In this document: positions 31,099 through 39,009 of the stretch, one piece after another
How the letters are laid out: the number at the start of each line of letters is the position of its first letter
Position numbering within the stretch: the stretch's first letter is position 1
Assembly (NCBI GenBank): GCA_964372955.1
Contig: CAYJTC010000002.1
Location: 1 to 42,260, forward strand
Source of the DNA: an uncultured Planctomycetia bacterium
GTDB lineage: Bacteria; Omnitrophota; Gorgyraeia; 1-14-0-20-64-10
Direction: 5' to 3'
DNA length: 42,260 bases
The notes under the pieces: model-generated
The model's database searches: none
What the model was told of the DNA's origin: nothing
The model's input: only the letters and a program-made list of their open reading frames with translations
Translations under genes and position numbers: made by a program

Positions 31099-32847
31099 TT
31101 AATCCTCAGCCGCCTCCGCGACCGAGACCGGACGAAACTCCGTGCTGGGAGATTCCGCAGTGACGCGAGAGGTTGCCTCCGGAACGGCCGGGATCCCCAG
31201 CTTGCGGCGGTACGGCTCGGACATCGGCACGTAGGTCTCTTTGAGCACCCGGTGGTACTTCTCGGTGTCGGCGGCGGTCACCTTGCCCACCTTGGGAGCC
31301 ACCACCGCGTAGGACACCTTGCGCTCCTTGAAGAGCCGCTCGAAGGCCGGCGTGTGGAACCCGCCGGCGATCAGGACTGCGTAGGGGACCTTGAATTCCT
31401 GAATCTGCTTGAGGGCGTTGTCCACCATCGCGATGTCCCGCTCTCTGGCTACCTCGTAGAAGCTGGACATCGCCGGCATCGCGGCGTTCAAGGGGCCGGG
31501 TCTTAAGGCAAAAGTAAGCGCTGGATTCTGCTTGGCTCCCAAACCCTGCAGGGAGTCGGCCCAACGGTCCGGTTTGAACTCCTTTTTGTGGGTGCTGTAG
31601 TAGTTGTAGCTCTCCGGGGTGAGCTTCAGCTCCAGCAGGTCTCCCAAGACCCCGATGTCCTTGGCCAGCAGGGCCAGCGTTTTCTGATCCGTGTTCTTGA
31701 AGGTGCTGGCCTTGAGGCGCTCGCTCAAATTCTCCACCTCCGTGAAGAGGGAGGCGTGGTCGATCCCCTCAAACAGGTCCAGGTACTCCATGTACCGGGT
31801 CAGAGAGGGATATTCGGCCGCCTGCTCCGGCCGGACGTACGACTTCAGGTGCCCGTAGAAGGTGGCCGGCGTCACCAGCCCCTGTTTGAGCTCCAGGCTC
31901 TGCTTCAACAGCTTGTCCATTTCCGGCTTAGGCAAGTTCTTGGTGAGGGCCTCCAGGAACTGGGTCCGCTCGGTCTCCACCGTCTTGAAGTTGAGCTCCC
32001 CCTCCAGCCGGCTGGCGTTCAAAAACTTCAGCAGGTTCGGGTATTCGGAATCCTGGACCGAGACTTTCTGTTTCTTGGCTTCTTCCGCGAGAGCCTGGTA
32101 ATGCTTGGCCAGCGGGATGCGCCCGGCCTGCACCTCCAGCTCCCGCAGCTCCAGGGTCTTGACCGGCTCCGGGTAGAGCCGTTCCTTCAGGGAAGCCGCC
32201 GCATCCTGGAACCCTTTCATGGCGGAGAGCGCCTCCGGCTGAACCTTCTCCACGTTGAAGAAGGATTCCATGTTCTGGTCGTACAGCTCCGGCTTCTCGA
32301 TTCCATAGACGGTGAAGGGATAGTCGGTGGTCAGGTCCAGGTAATTTTCCCCGGAGATCTTTCCGCTTTTCAGGAAATCCTCGGCCACCTGCCGGCGCTT
32401 TTCCAGCGGGGCGTAGGACCTCATGTAGGAAAGGGAGTCGTTGCGGGATCCCCCCTCGACTAAGACCAAAGACAGGTCATGGGCCTGGATGAGGTGCTCC
32501 AGGATGCCGGCCAGGTTCTTCTGGGCCTCGTAGTTGGCGTGGGCATCCTGGATGTGGACGACGATCGGCTCCCGGGCCGAATAGGTTTCCTTGAGAGAGC
32601 CGTGCTGGACCGGGATGCGCAGGTTCTGCAGGGTCAGCGGGGATTTTTCAATGGGGGCTTTGGGACCGGACTGGGCGGAAAGGGGGGGGGCTTTCGTCGG
32701 ATCCTCAACCTTGCCGTGCTGCTCCCAGAAGGTCTTCTTCTTGGGAGCCGCCGCCTCCTCCTGGGCAAAAAGGGAAAGAGGATTCGCGCCGCCAACGCAC
32801 AGCCACAAAGCGGCTAAAAGGGTTAGAAGACGTCCACCAATTCTCAT
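31099..32847 (-). CDS. Secreted 582-aa protein of unknown function
   Basis: Clear signal peptide (MRIGGRLLTLLAALWLCVGGANPLSLFA|QEE). Conserved-looking blocks VVHIQDAHANYEAQKNLAGILEHLIQAHDLSLVLVEGG and YAVLIAGGFHTPAFERLFKERKVSYAVVAPKV. I cannot place it in a family. Confidence 0.8.
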   Translation of the reverse strand: MRIGGRLLTLLAALWLCVGGANPLSLFAQEEAAAPKKKTFWEQHGKVEDPTKAPPLSAQSGPKAPIEKSPLTLQNLRIPVQHGSLKETYSAREPIVVHIQDAHANYEAQKNLAGILEHLIQAHDLSLVLVEGGSRNDSLSYMRSYAPLEKRRQVAEDFLKSGKISGENYLDLTTDYPFTVYGIEKPELYDQNMESFFNVEKVQPEALSAMKGFQDAAASLKERLYPEPVKTLELRELEVQAGRIPLAKHYQALAEEAKKQKVSVQDSEYPNLLKFLNASRLEGELNFKTVETERTQFLEALTKNLPKPEMDKLLKQSLELKQGLVTPATFYGHLKSYVRPEQAAEYPSLTRYMEYLDLFEGIDHASLFTEVENLSERLKASTFKNTDQKTLALLAKDIGVLGDLLELKLTPESYNYYSTHKKEFKPDRWADSLQGLGAKQNPALTFALRPGPLNAAMPAMSSFYEVARERDIAMVDNALKQIQEFKVPYAVLIAGGFHTPAFERLFKERKVSYAVVAPKVGKVTAADTEKYHRVLKETYVPMSEPYRRKLGIPAVPEATSRVTAESPSTEFRPVSVAEAAED

Positions 32848-32856
32848 CTTGCTTTA

Positions 32857-32885
32857 ATTATACCTTCTAAAGCAGACAAAATCAA
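32857..32885 (-). promoter_or_regulatory. Near-consensus sigma70-type promoter abutting the 582-aa gene start
   Basis: In minus sense: TTGATT (32885..32880), a 17-nt spacer, TATAAT (32862..32857), then 9 nt (TAAAGCAAG) before ATG 32847. It sits in an AT-rich 62-bp gap. No SD. Confidence 0.55.
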
Positions 32886-32909
32886 GGTAATATCTAAATT
32901 TAATAAACA

Positions 32910-35330
32910 CTAACGATTAACGTTACCACTAACCAGCCGGGACGGGTCCACCTTCGAACCCCCCTTCCCCAGCCAGACCTCGACGGCGTGGACCTTGCCG
33001 TCCCGGTGAGGCCGGATCACCGGGGAGTCCACCTGCCGGCCGTCCACGGTGACCCTCTGTACCCCGTGGGTGGCCCCTTGAGGGTTATGGATCGTGATCT
33101 CGTAGGTGGAGCCCCGGAAGTTCCTGCGGATAAAGGCCTTCTTCCAGTGCTTCGGGAAGCACGGATCGATCCTTAAGCCCTCGAAATCCCGGCGGGCCCC
33201 CAGGATCCACTCCGTGGCCGCCACGAACATCCAGGGGGTGGTGCCGGTGTTCCAGGTAAATGCCCCTTCCCCGAACCGGTCGGAGGAGCCGGGCCCAATC
33301 ACGTACTCGGCCCAGACGTACGGTTCCACCTTGTACCGGTCATGGTCCTGTTTGGCCCGGGCCATCGGCATCAGCTTGGAGAAGGTGGCGAAGGCCTCCT
33401 GCGCTCGCTTCAAGGTGCAGTCGGCCACCACCTTGAAGGCGCAGGCGTGCGAGAAGATAGAGGCGTTCTCCTTGGTGCCGGGGCAGAAAGCGGTAACCCG
33501 CCCGATGCCCGGATTGAAATGGGTGTAGCTGGGCAGGAATAGGGCCGGCCCGTAGGGGGTGTCCAGGTACCGGTCGATCTTTTCCAGGATGCTGGGGAGC
33601 CGCTCCGGCGGCACAACCCCGCTTAAAATCGCCCAGGTCTGGGAATTCAGCGGCACCTTCCCTTCCTTGTTCTCCTGAGAACCGATCTTGTACCCCTCGT
33701 CGTTGAAGGCGGCCAGGTACCAATTGCCGTCCCAGCCCTGCTCATTCACCGCCCGGGTCATCTCCTCGGCCATGGAGCGCATCTCCTCGGCCGTTTTTGG
33801 ATCCCCCAGGAATTCGGCCAGCTCCTCCACCTGGCGGCAGGCCCGCACGAAGGCCATCCCCAACCAGATGCTCTCTCCCTTGCCCTTCACTCCGACATGG
33901 TCGTAGGCGTCGTTCCAGTCGGCATGCCCGATCAACGGCAGGCCGTGCTGGCCCCGGGCGCTGTGCAGATACCGGACCGCCCTCAGGACATGCTCGTAGA
34001 CGGAGGCCGCGGTGCCGTCGTGGAAGGGGATCTCTTTCTTCAAGAATTCGGTGTCGCCGGTTTCCTTGACGTAGGAGATGACACTGTAGGGCAGCCACAC
34101 ACAGACGTCCGCCTTCTTGATCACCCCCTGGACTCCCTGGTTCTCCCAGGTCCCCTCCACCTCGGAGAATCCGGAGACGGCGTGCCCGTTCTTGTACTGA
34201 TAGAAGAGAAGCCGCTCCAGCTTGGCCCGGGCGGTGGCGATGTCCACGCTCAGGAGCCCTTCGACATCCTGGGCGGTGTCCCGATAACCCTGGCCCCCTT
34301 CGGCCCCGTGATAATGAGAAGTGCCCCGCCAATGGGTGATGGCGAACAGCTGATACTTGCCCCACAGGTTGGTCATCCGGTCGAAGTTCGGGTCCGGCGT
34401 CTGGACCCAGACTTTCTCTTCCAGGGCCTTCTGCCAATGGTCCCGCACCGCCTCCAGCTCCCGCTTGGCTCCTTCAACCGACCGGAACCGCTTCACCAGG
34501 GTCGGGACCTCCTCCCGTTTGTCGGTGATCCCGGAGACCACCACGAATTCGGCCGTTTGGCCCGGCTTCAGGGTGAATGTCCCCTGCAGAGCCCCCACCA
34601 TGTCCTCCCCGCGGCTGGCATGGTTGCCCAGTTTTTTGGCCTTCAGCCCCTCCGGGTCCGCCAGCTCCCCGTAAGGGCCGATGAAGCTCTCCCGCCGGGT
34701 TTCGAAGCTTTCAACCGGAAAGCTGGCGGCCAGGAACCCGTAGCCGGGTTTGTGCCAGGACTTGAACGGATGCTTCCAGGCGACGACCGCTTTGAGCTCT
34801 TTGTCGAAGATCGCCTCGTTGTACAGGCACAGGATGTTCCGGTAATGGGTCTCCAGCGCCACGTCCCCGCAGACGAGCTCCACGAACGGGATCGCCTGGA
34901 TCGTCCGGCGCTTGCGGCCGGTGTTCTTCAGGGAAACCAGCCACAGCTCCACCGGTCCCTCCCGGGCCACGAAATAAGTGATCGATCCCTGGATCCCGTT
35001 GCGGGTGGCCTTCAGCGTGGTGTATCCCAGCCCGTGGCGGCATTCCCATTCCTGGAGTTTTTCCCGCTTGGGCTGCCAGTTGAGGGTCCAGACATCGCCC
35101 TTCGCCGTATCCTTCAGGAACAGGTACCGGCCGGGGCGGTCGGAGCTTAGGTGGTCGTACCGGTGGAGCCGGTAATATTTCGGGTCCCGGTAGTAGGAGA
35201 ATCCGGCTCCAGTCTGGGAGAGAAGGCAATGATAGACGTCGTTGAACAGGTAGTTAAACCAGGGCCGCGGGGTGTCGGGCCGGGTGATGATGAATTCGCC
35301 TCCGTCAGAACTAAAATGACCGTACTGCAT
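32910..35330 (-). CDS. GH94 glycoside phosphorylase (cellobiose / chitobiose phosphorylase family)
   Basis: Chosen start is ATG 35330 (MQYGHFSSDGGEFIITRPDTPRPWFNYLFND), a typical GH94 N-terminus. The 42-codon upstream extension in the track is R/G/P-rich. Catalytic-region motif LPLIGHADWNDAYD. About 806 aa, as in characterised members. Confidence 0.9.
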   Translation of the reverse strand: MQYGHFSSDGGEFIITRPDTPRPWFNYLFNDVYHCLLSQTGAGFSYYRDPKYYRLHRYDHLSSDRPGRYLFLKDTAKGDVWTLNWQPKREKLQEWECRHGLGYTTLKATRNGIQGSITYFVAREGPVELWLVSLKNTGRKRRTIQAIPFVELVCGDVALETHYRNILCLYNEAIFDKELKAVVAWKHPFKSWHKPGYGFLAASFPVESFETRRESFIGPYGELADPEGLKAKKLGNHASRGEDMVGALQGTFTLKPGQTAEFVVVSGITDKREEVPTLVKRFRSVEGAKRELEAVRDHWQKALEEKVWVQTPDPNFDRMTNLWGKYQLFAITHWRGTSHYHGAEGGQGYRDTAQDVEGLLSVDIATARAKLERLLFYQYKNGHAVSGFSEVEGTWENQGVQGVIKKADVCVWLPYSVISYVKETGDTEFLKKEIPFHDGTAASVYEHVLRAVRYLHSARGQHGLPLIGHADWNDAYDHVGVKGKGESIWLGMAFVRACRQVEELAEFLGDPKTAEEMRSMAEEMTRAVNEQGWDGNWYLAAFNDEGYKIGSQENKEGKVPLNSQTWAILSGVVPPERLPSILEKIDRYLDTPYGPALFLPSYTHFNPGIGRVTAFCPGTKENASIFSHACAFKVVADCTLKRAQEAFATFSKLMPMARAKQDHDRYKVEPYVWAEYVIGPGSSDRFGEGAFTWNTGTTPWMFVAATEWILGARRDFEGLRIDPCFPKHWKKAFIRRNFRGSTYEITIHNPQGATHGVQRVTVDGRQVDSPVIRPHRDGKVHAVEVWLGKGGSKVDPSRLVSGNVNR

Positions 35331-35338
35331 AAAATTTA

Positions 35339-36547
35339 TTAAACGGCGGCGAAGACGTCGCGGATGACCAGGGAAGCGGCCCCCAGGGCGACACAGTCCT
35401 CGCCCAGCCGGGCCGGGACGATCTTGACCGCGCTGGCCATTTCCTCGAAGGCGCACATCCGAACCCTCTTCTTGATCGACTCGATCAAGGCCGGGCCGGC
35501 CGCTTCGATGCCCCCGCCGATCACCACCGCGCCGGGGTTGAGCAGGTTGATCAGGAAGGCGATCCGGACCCCAAGCCGCTCGCCGGCCTTCTGGACCACT
35601 TCGGCGGCCAGCTTGTCTCCTTGCTTGAGCGCCTCGAAGACGGTCTCCAGCGTAACCTGGTCCAGTTTTCCCTTGACCAGTTCTGAAATTTTTGAAACAG
35701 CCCCCTTCTTGACCGCCTCGCGGGCATCATCCGGAATGCCCAAGTGGGCCGCCCAGGGCTTGAGGGCCGCGATGTTGCCGATCCAAAGGTCCGAGTCTTC
35801 CGCCACGTGGTTGCGGATCGAAACCTCGCCGGCGGTTCCGCTGTGGCCGTGGTAGATTTCCCCGTTGATGATCATGCCGCAGCCCACCCCGGAATACATG
35901 AACAGCATGATGTCCACATCGGTGCCGGCCCCCAGGGACCATTCCCCGTAGGCGGCGGTGGTCACATCGTGCTCCAGCTTGACCGGCATCTTGAACTGCT
36001 CCTGAAGCAGGGTGGTGACCGGAACGTAGATGGAGGCCACCCCTTCCGTGCAGCGGACCGTCCCCACCTCCCGGTCGATCACGCCGGAGGCCCCAATATG
36101 GATCCCCCGGATTTTCTTGGATTCCAGCCCTGAGGCCTTGATCACCTGCTCCACCTGCTCGGTGAGCACCTTGACCACGTTGTCGGCGGTGTCTCGCGGA
36201 CGGTCCGCCTTGGCCCGGCCAATCACGGTGCCTTCCAGGTCGGTTAAGACCGCGGTGATGTAAAAAATCCCCAGGTCGATCCCCACCACGTAGGCGGCCT
36301 TGGGATTTAAGACCACGATCGTCGGGCGCCGCCCGCCGGAGGAGATATCCAGCCCCTTCTCGATGACGATCCCTTGCTCGATGAAGTTGTTGACGTAATT
36401 GGAAACGGTGACGATGTTGAGCTTAGTGAGTTTGGAGACGTCGGTGCGGGAGATCGGGCCGTAACGCTTGATCGCTTCCAGGATGGAGACGTTCTTGCGT
36501 TCCCGATCGGTTAGGGAATACTCTTCGACTTCTGTTCCTCTGATCAC
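35339..36547 (-). CDS. ROK-family transcriptional regulator (NagC/Mlc/XylR-like), apparently lacking the Zn motif
   Basis: GTG 36547 with TAAGGGGG upstream. wHTH ILEAIKRYGPISRTDVSKLTKLNIVTVSNYVNNFIEQGIV. ASKHA fold (YVVGIDLGIFYITAVLTDLEG, GVGCGMIINGEIYHGHSGTAGEV). No Cys residues follow AGEV where ROK proteins normally carry CxCGxxGC. Confidence 0.88.
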   Translation of the reverse strand: MIRGTEVEEYSLTDRERKNVSILEAIKRYGPISRTDVSKLTKLNIVTVSNYVNNFIEQGIVIEKGLDISSGGRRPTIVVLNPKAAYVVGIDLGIFYITAVLTDLEGTVIGRAKADRPRDTADNVVKVLTEQVEQVIKASGLESKKIRGIHIGASGVIDREVGTVRCTEGVASIYVPVTTLLQEQFKMPVKLEHDVTTAAYGEWSLGAGTDVDIMLFMYSGVGCGMIINGEIYHGHSGTAGEVSIRNHVAEDSDLWIGNIAALKPWAAHLGIPDDAREAVKKGAVSKISELVKGKLDQVTLETVFEALKQGDKLAAEVVQKAGERLGVRIAFLINLLNPGAVVIGGGIEAAGPALIESIKKRVRMCAFEEMASAVKIVPARLGEDCVALGAASLVIRDVFAAV

Positions 36548-36619
36548 GGGGACCCCCTTAGAATTGAGGTAAATCGGTTAGGTTAAACGTTTTAAAAATA
36601 CTCGATTGAAGATCGGTTG

Positions 36620-37624
36620 TCAACCTTTTTCTCTTCGAATCAGCTCCTGGTAAGCAGCGCTCAGGATTTTCCAAACAGCGGCCGGATCTTCCGCCTTGAG
36701 GCTCATCGGGGCAGCTCCGAAGTAACTCCAGGCGGCGAAATTCCGGATCCCTTTGGAATAGGCGGCCTCGATCGCCTCAACGATCTTGCCCTCCTCCCCT
36801 TTTGGGATCTGAAAGTTCAGGATCCAGATCATCGGTTCTTTTTTGAACTGGTCGGAGAGGGTTTTTACCCGGTCGGCGAACCGGCCCACGTAGGCGGCCA
36901 CGTCCGGCTGGCGCGGCCTCCAGTACGGGTCGGTTCCGAACACGCTCAAGGCCGGCAGGGAGGCGATCTTGCTCCAGTCGTTCACCGTCGAGGAATTCTC
37001 CACCGTCAGCAGGCAGACGCTGGACTTCATTCCCCGGGCCGCCGTGGCCTCGGTGAGAAATCGGGTGCAGTCGACGAGCGAATCCTCCTTGAAGGCCCGC
37101 ACCTCATCGGTCATCTCCTCCGGCATGGGACGGCTGAACTTCTTGCGAAAACCTTCCTGGCAGACCTCGCACCGGCAGGCCCAGACCTTGGGCGGGGCAT
37201 CCGGCCTCTCGGGCAGGATCATGAAGTGGGGCTCGTCCCAGAACAGGCAGTCGGCCTTCAGTCGGGCGGCGGCCTCGATCCATTTCAGCAGGTAGTCGCG
37301 GAAACCGGGCTGGTTCGGGCAGGCGATCGGCAGGGAGCTCCCGGTGGAGCTGACCTGCCGAACCGGGAGCTCCTTAGCGATCAGGCTGGAGTAGGTTTCC
37401 CCGCCGAAGGCCTGGCCCACCGCCCAGGGGTCCAGCCAGACCTCCATCCCCTGGTCGTGGGTGGTCCGGACGATCTCCTCCATCGCCGGCAGGTAAAACT
37501 CCAGGTCCTCTTCGCTAAAGGTATGCACCACGTAGGTGCAGCCGGCCTTCCGGATCTCCTGAAGATCCTCGGCCACCCGCCAGGGAATCCGGTTCCCGTA
37601 ATAGCTTACCCCTAACCTCAACAA
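36620..37624 (-). CDS. Hypothetical alpha/beta (TIM-barrel-like, possibly glycoside-hydrolase-like) protein
   Basis: 334-aa ORF with alternating beta-alpha pattern (LGVSYYGN, CTYVVHTFSEEDL, MEVWLDPW, CLFWDEPH, SVCLLTVE, SVFGTDPYW, IWILNFQIP, RNFAAWSY). TTG start. No family recognised with confidence. Confidence 0.7.
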   Translation of the reverse strand: MLRLGVSYYGNRIPWRVAEDLQEIRKAGCTYVVHTFSEEDLEFYLPAMEEIVRTTHDQGMEVWLDPWAVGQAFGGETYSSLIAKELPVRQVSSTGSSLPIACPNQPGFRDYLLKWIEAAARLKADCLFWDEPHFMILPERPDAPPKVWACRCEVCQEGFRKKFSRPMPEEMTDEVRAFKEDSLVDCTRFLTEATAARGMKSSVCLLTVENSSTVNDWSKIASLPALSVFGTDPYWRPRQPDVAAYVGRFADRVKTLSDQFKKEPMIWILNFQIPKGEEGKIVEAIEAAYSKGIRNFAAWSYFGAAPMSLKAEDPAAVWKILSAAYQELIRREKG

Positions 37625-37648
37625 AGGGGGCTGGCCCCTTTGGTCCCT

Positions 37649-38941
37649 TTAGCCGACGGTGGAGCCACGGGTCAGCCCCTCAATGATGTAGCGCTGGAAA
37701 CAGAGGAAGACGATGATGACTGGAAGCGCAGTGATCGCCGAGCCGGCCATCAGATGGACCCAATCGACCCCATGCAGGGATTTGTAGAGGGCCAACCCCA
37801 CCGGCAGGGTCCGCATCTCAACGGTATTGGTCAGCAGGAAGGGGTACAGGAAGGTATTCCAACCCCCCATGAAGGTGTTGATGCCGGCTACCGCCAGCGC
37901 CGGCTGGGAGAGTGGGATGATCACACGGGTGAAGATCTGGAATTCCGAAGCCCCGTCGATCCGGGCCGCCTCCTCCACCGACAGCGGCAGCTTGGAGATG
38001 TACTGCCGCATCAGGAAGATGTTGAAGGGAGCCACCAGGTTGGGAACGATCAAGGCCCAGTAGGTGTTGAGCCACCCCAAGTGCTTCATCAGGATGAAGA
38101 CCGGCACCATCAGCACCTGCGGGGGGATGGCGATGGAGCCGACGATCAGGAAGAACATCGTCTTCTTGAAGGGAAACTCCCGGCGGGCGAAGGCGTAGCC
38201 GACCATCGTCGAAAAAAGGAGGTTGCCGAAGGTGATCACCAGGGCGATGCTCAAAGAGTTGACGGCGTACCGGCCGAAGGGGCCGCTGATCAAAACGTCC
38301 CAGTAGTTGTTGAGGGTCCAATCCCGGAAAATCAGCTTCAGGTCGTCCAGGTAAACTGTTCCTTCCCCGGAATCGAAGTTCAAAGCCAGATACTCGGCCT
38401 GCCGCTCCGGCAATTCCGGGCTCAACAAGGAGAGGTTGAAGCCCTCCACCGGAATCCGGACCGTCTCCCAGGAGGTGGTCAGCCCTCCCCGCAGGAACTG
38501 GCCAATCGGAAGGGAGGTCTGGTGCCCTTTTAGATCCACCAGGTCCACCGTGAAGCTTTCCCCTCCCTTCTCCCCTTTGACCTTCATTTCCAGCAAGGCG
38601 AACTTGCGCATATCCTGGGCAATCCGGGTCACCCATTTCGCGGAACCGTCCTGGCGGCGGTATTGAACGGAGACGATCCGGTTTTCCCGGGGAACCGGCT
38701 GCTCCGGAACAAAAGAAAACGCGAGGGTAGCGCCGCCGGTCACCTCCGTTTCGATGGGGCCGCCGACGGAATTCAAGGCCCCGACCTCGAAGTCGGCCAC
38801 CCCCACCTCCCGGGTCCGCTGGAACAGGGTGCCGGTCGGCTTGACGGAGGTGTAGAACATCAGGACCAGCGGCATCAGGGTCAGCGCCAGCATGAGGGTC
38901 AGCAGCACCACCGCCGAGTAAACAATAAATTTCTCACGCAT
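37649..38941 (-). CDS. Carbohydrate ABC transporter permease (MalG/CUT1 type) with a periplasmic insertion of about 180 aa
   Basis: Chosen start is ATG 38941 (MREKFIVYSAVVLLTLMLAL). The track start TTG 38950 adds 3 codons. Permease core with EAA loop (LPLSVEEAARIDGASEFQIFTRVIIPLSQPAL). Between TM1 and TM2 lies a beta-rich segment (ETEVTGGATLAFSF, SFTVDLVDLKGHQ, SWETVRIPVEGF, GEGTVYLDDLKLIF). Confidence 0.9.
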   Translation of the reverse strand: MREKFIVYSAVVLLTLMLALTLMPLVLMFYTSVKPTGTLFQRTREVGVADFEVGALNSVGGPIETEVTGGATLAFSFVPEQPVPRENRIVSVQYRRQDGSAKWVTRIAQDMRKFALLEMKVKGEKGGESFTVDLVDLKGHQTSLPIGQFLRGGLTTSWETVRIPVEGFNLSLLSPELPERQAEYLALNFDSGEGTVYLDDLKLIFRDWTLNNYWDVLISGPFGRYAVNSLSIALVITFGNLLFSTMVGYAFARREFPFKKTMFFLIVGSIAIPPQVLMVPVFILMKHLGWLNTYWALIVPNLVAPFNIFLMRQYISKLPLSVEEAARIDGASEFQIFTRVIIPLSQPALAVAGINTFMGGWNTFLYPFLLTNTVEMRTLPVGLALYKSLHGVDWVHLMAGSAITALPVIIVFLCFQRYIIEGLTRGSTVG

Positions 38942-38947
38942 CCCCGT

Positions 38948-39009
38948 CAAAAGGGGTCAGGCACTTTTTGACAGCCTCTAACCGGGTTGTCATAAAGTGC
39001 CTGACCCCT
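38948..39009. repeat. REP-like hairpin, GGGGTCAG family
   Basis: AGGGGTCAGGCACTTT (38952..38967) pairs with AAAGTGCCTGACCCCT (38994..39009). The right arm encodes the last residues (GSGTL*) of the upstream gene. The first 25 nt are identical to 5659..5683. Confidence 0.85.

Noticed and set aside
35331-35456. N-terminal extensions proposed by the ORF track (GH94 to 35456; NIL to 7220; anti-sigma candidate to 6255; HAD from 41301)
   Set aside because: The extensions are R/G/P-rich or are repeat or promoter sequence read as protein. Internal starts give canonical family N-termini and sensible spacing to upstream stops.
36548-36619. ROK operator or promoter in the AT-rich gap upstream of the regulator gene (palindrome AAACGTTT; direct repeats AACCGAT)
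   Set aside because: There is only an 8-bp palindrome and no convincing -35/-10 pair. That is too weak to call without binding-site models or data.
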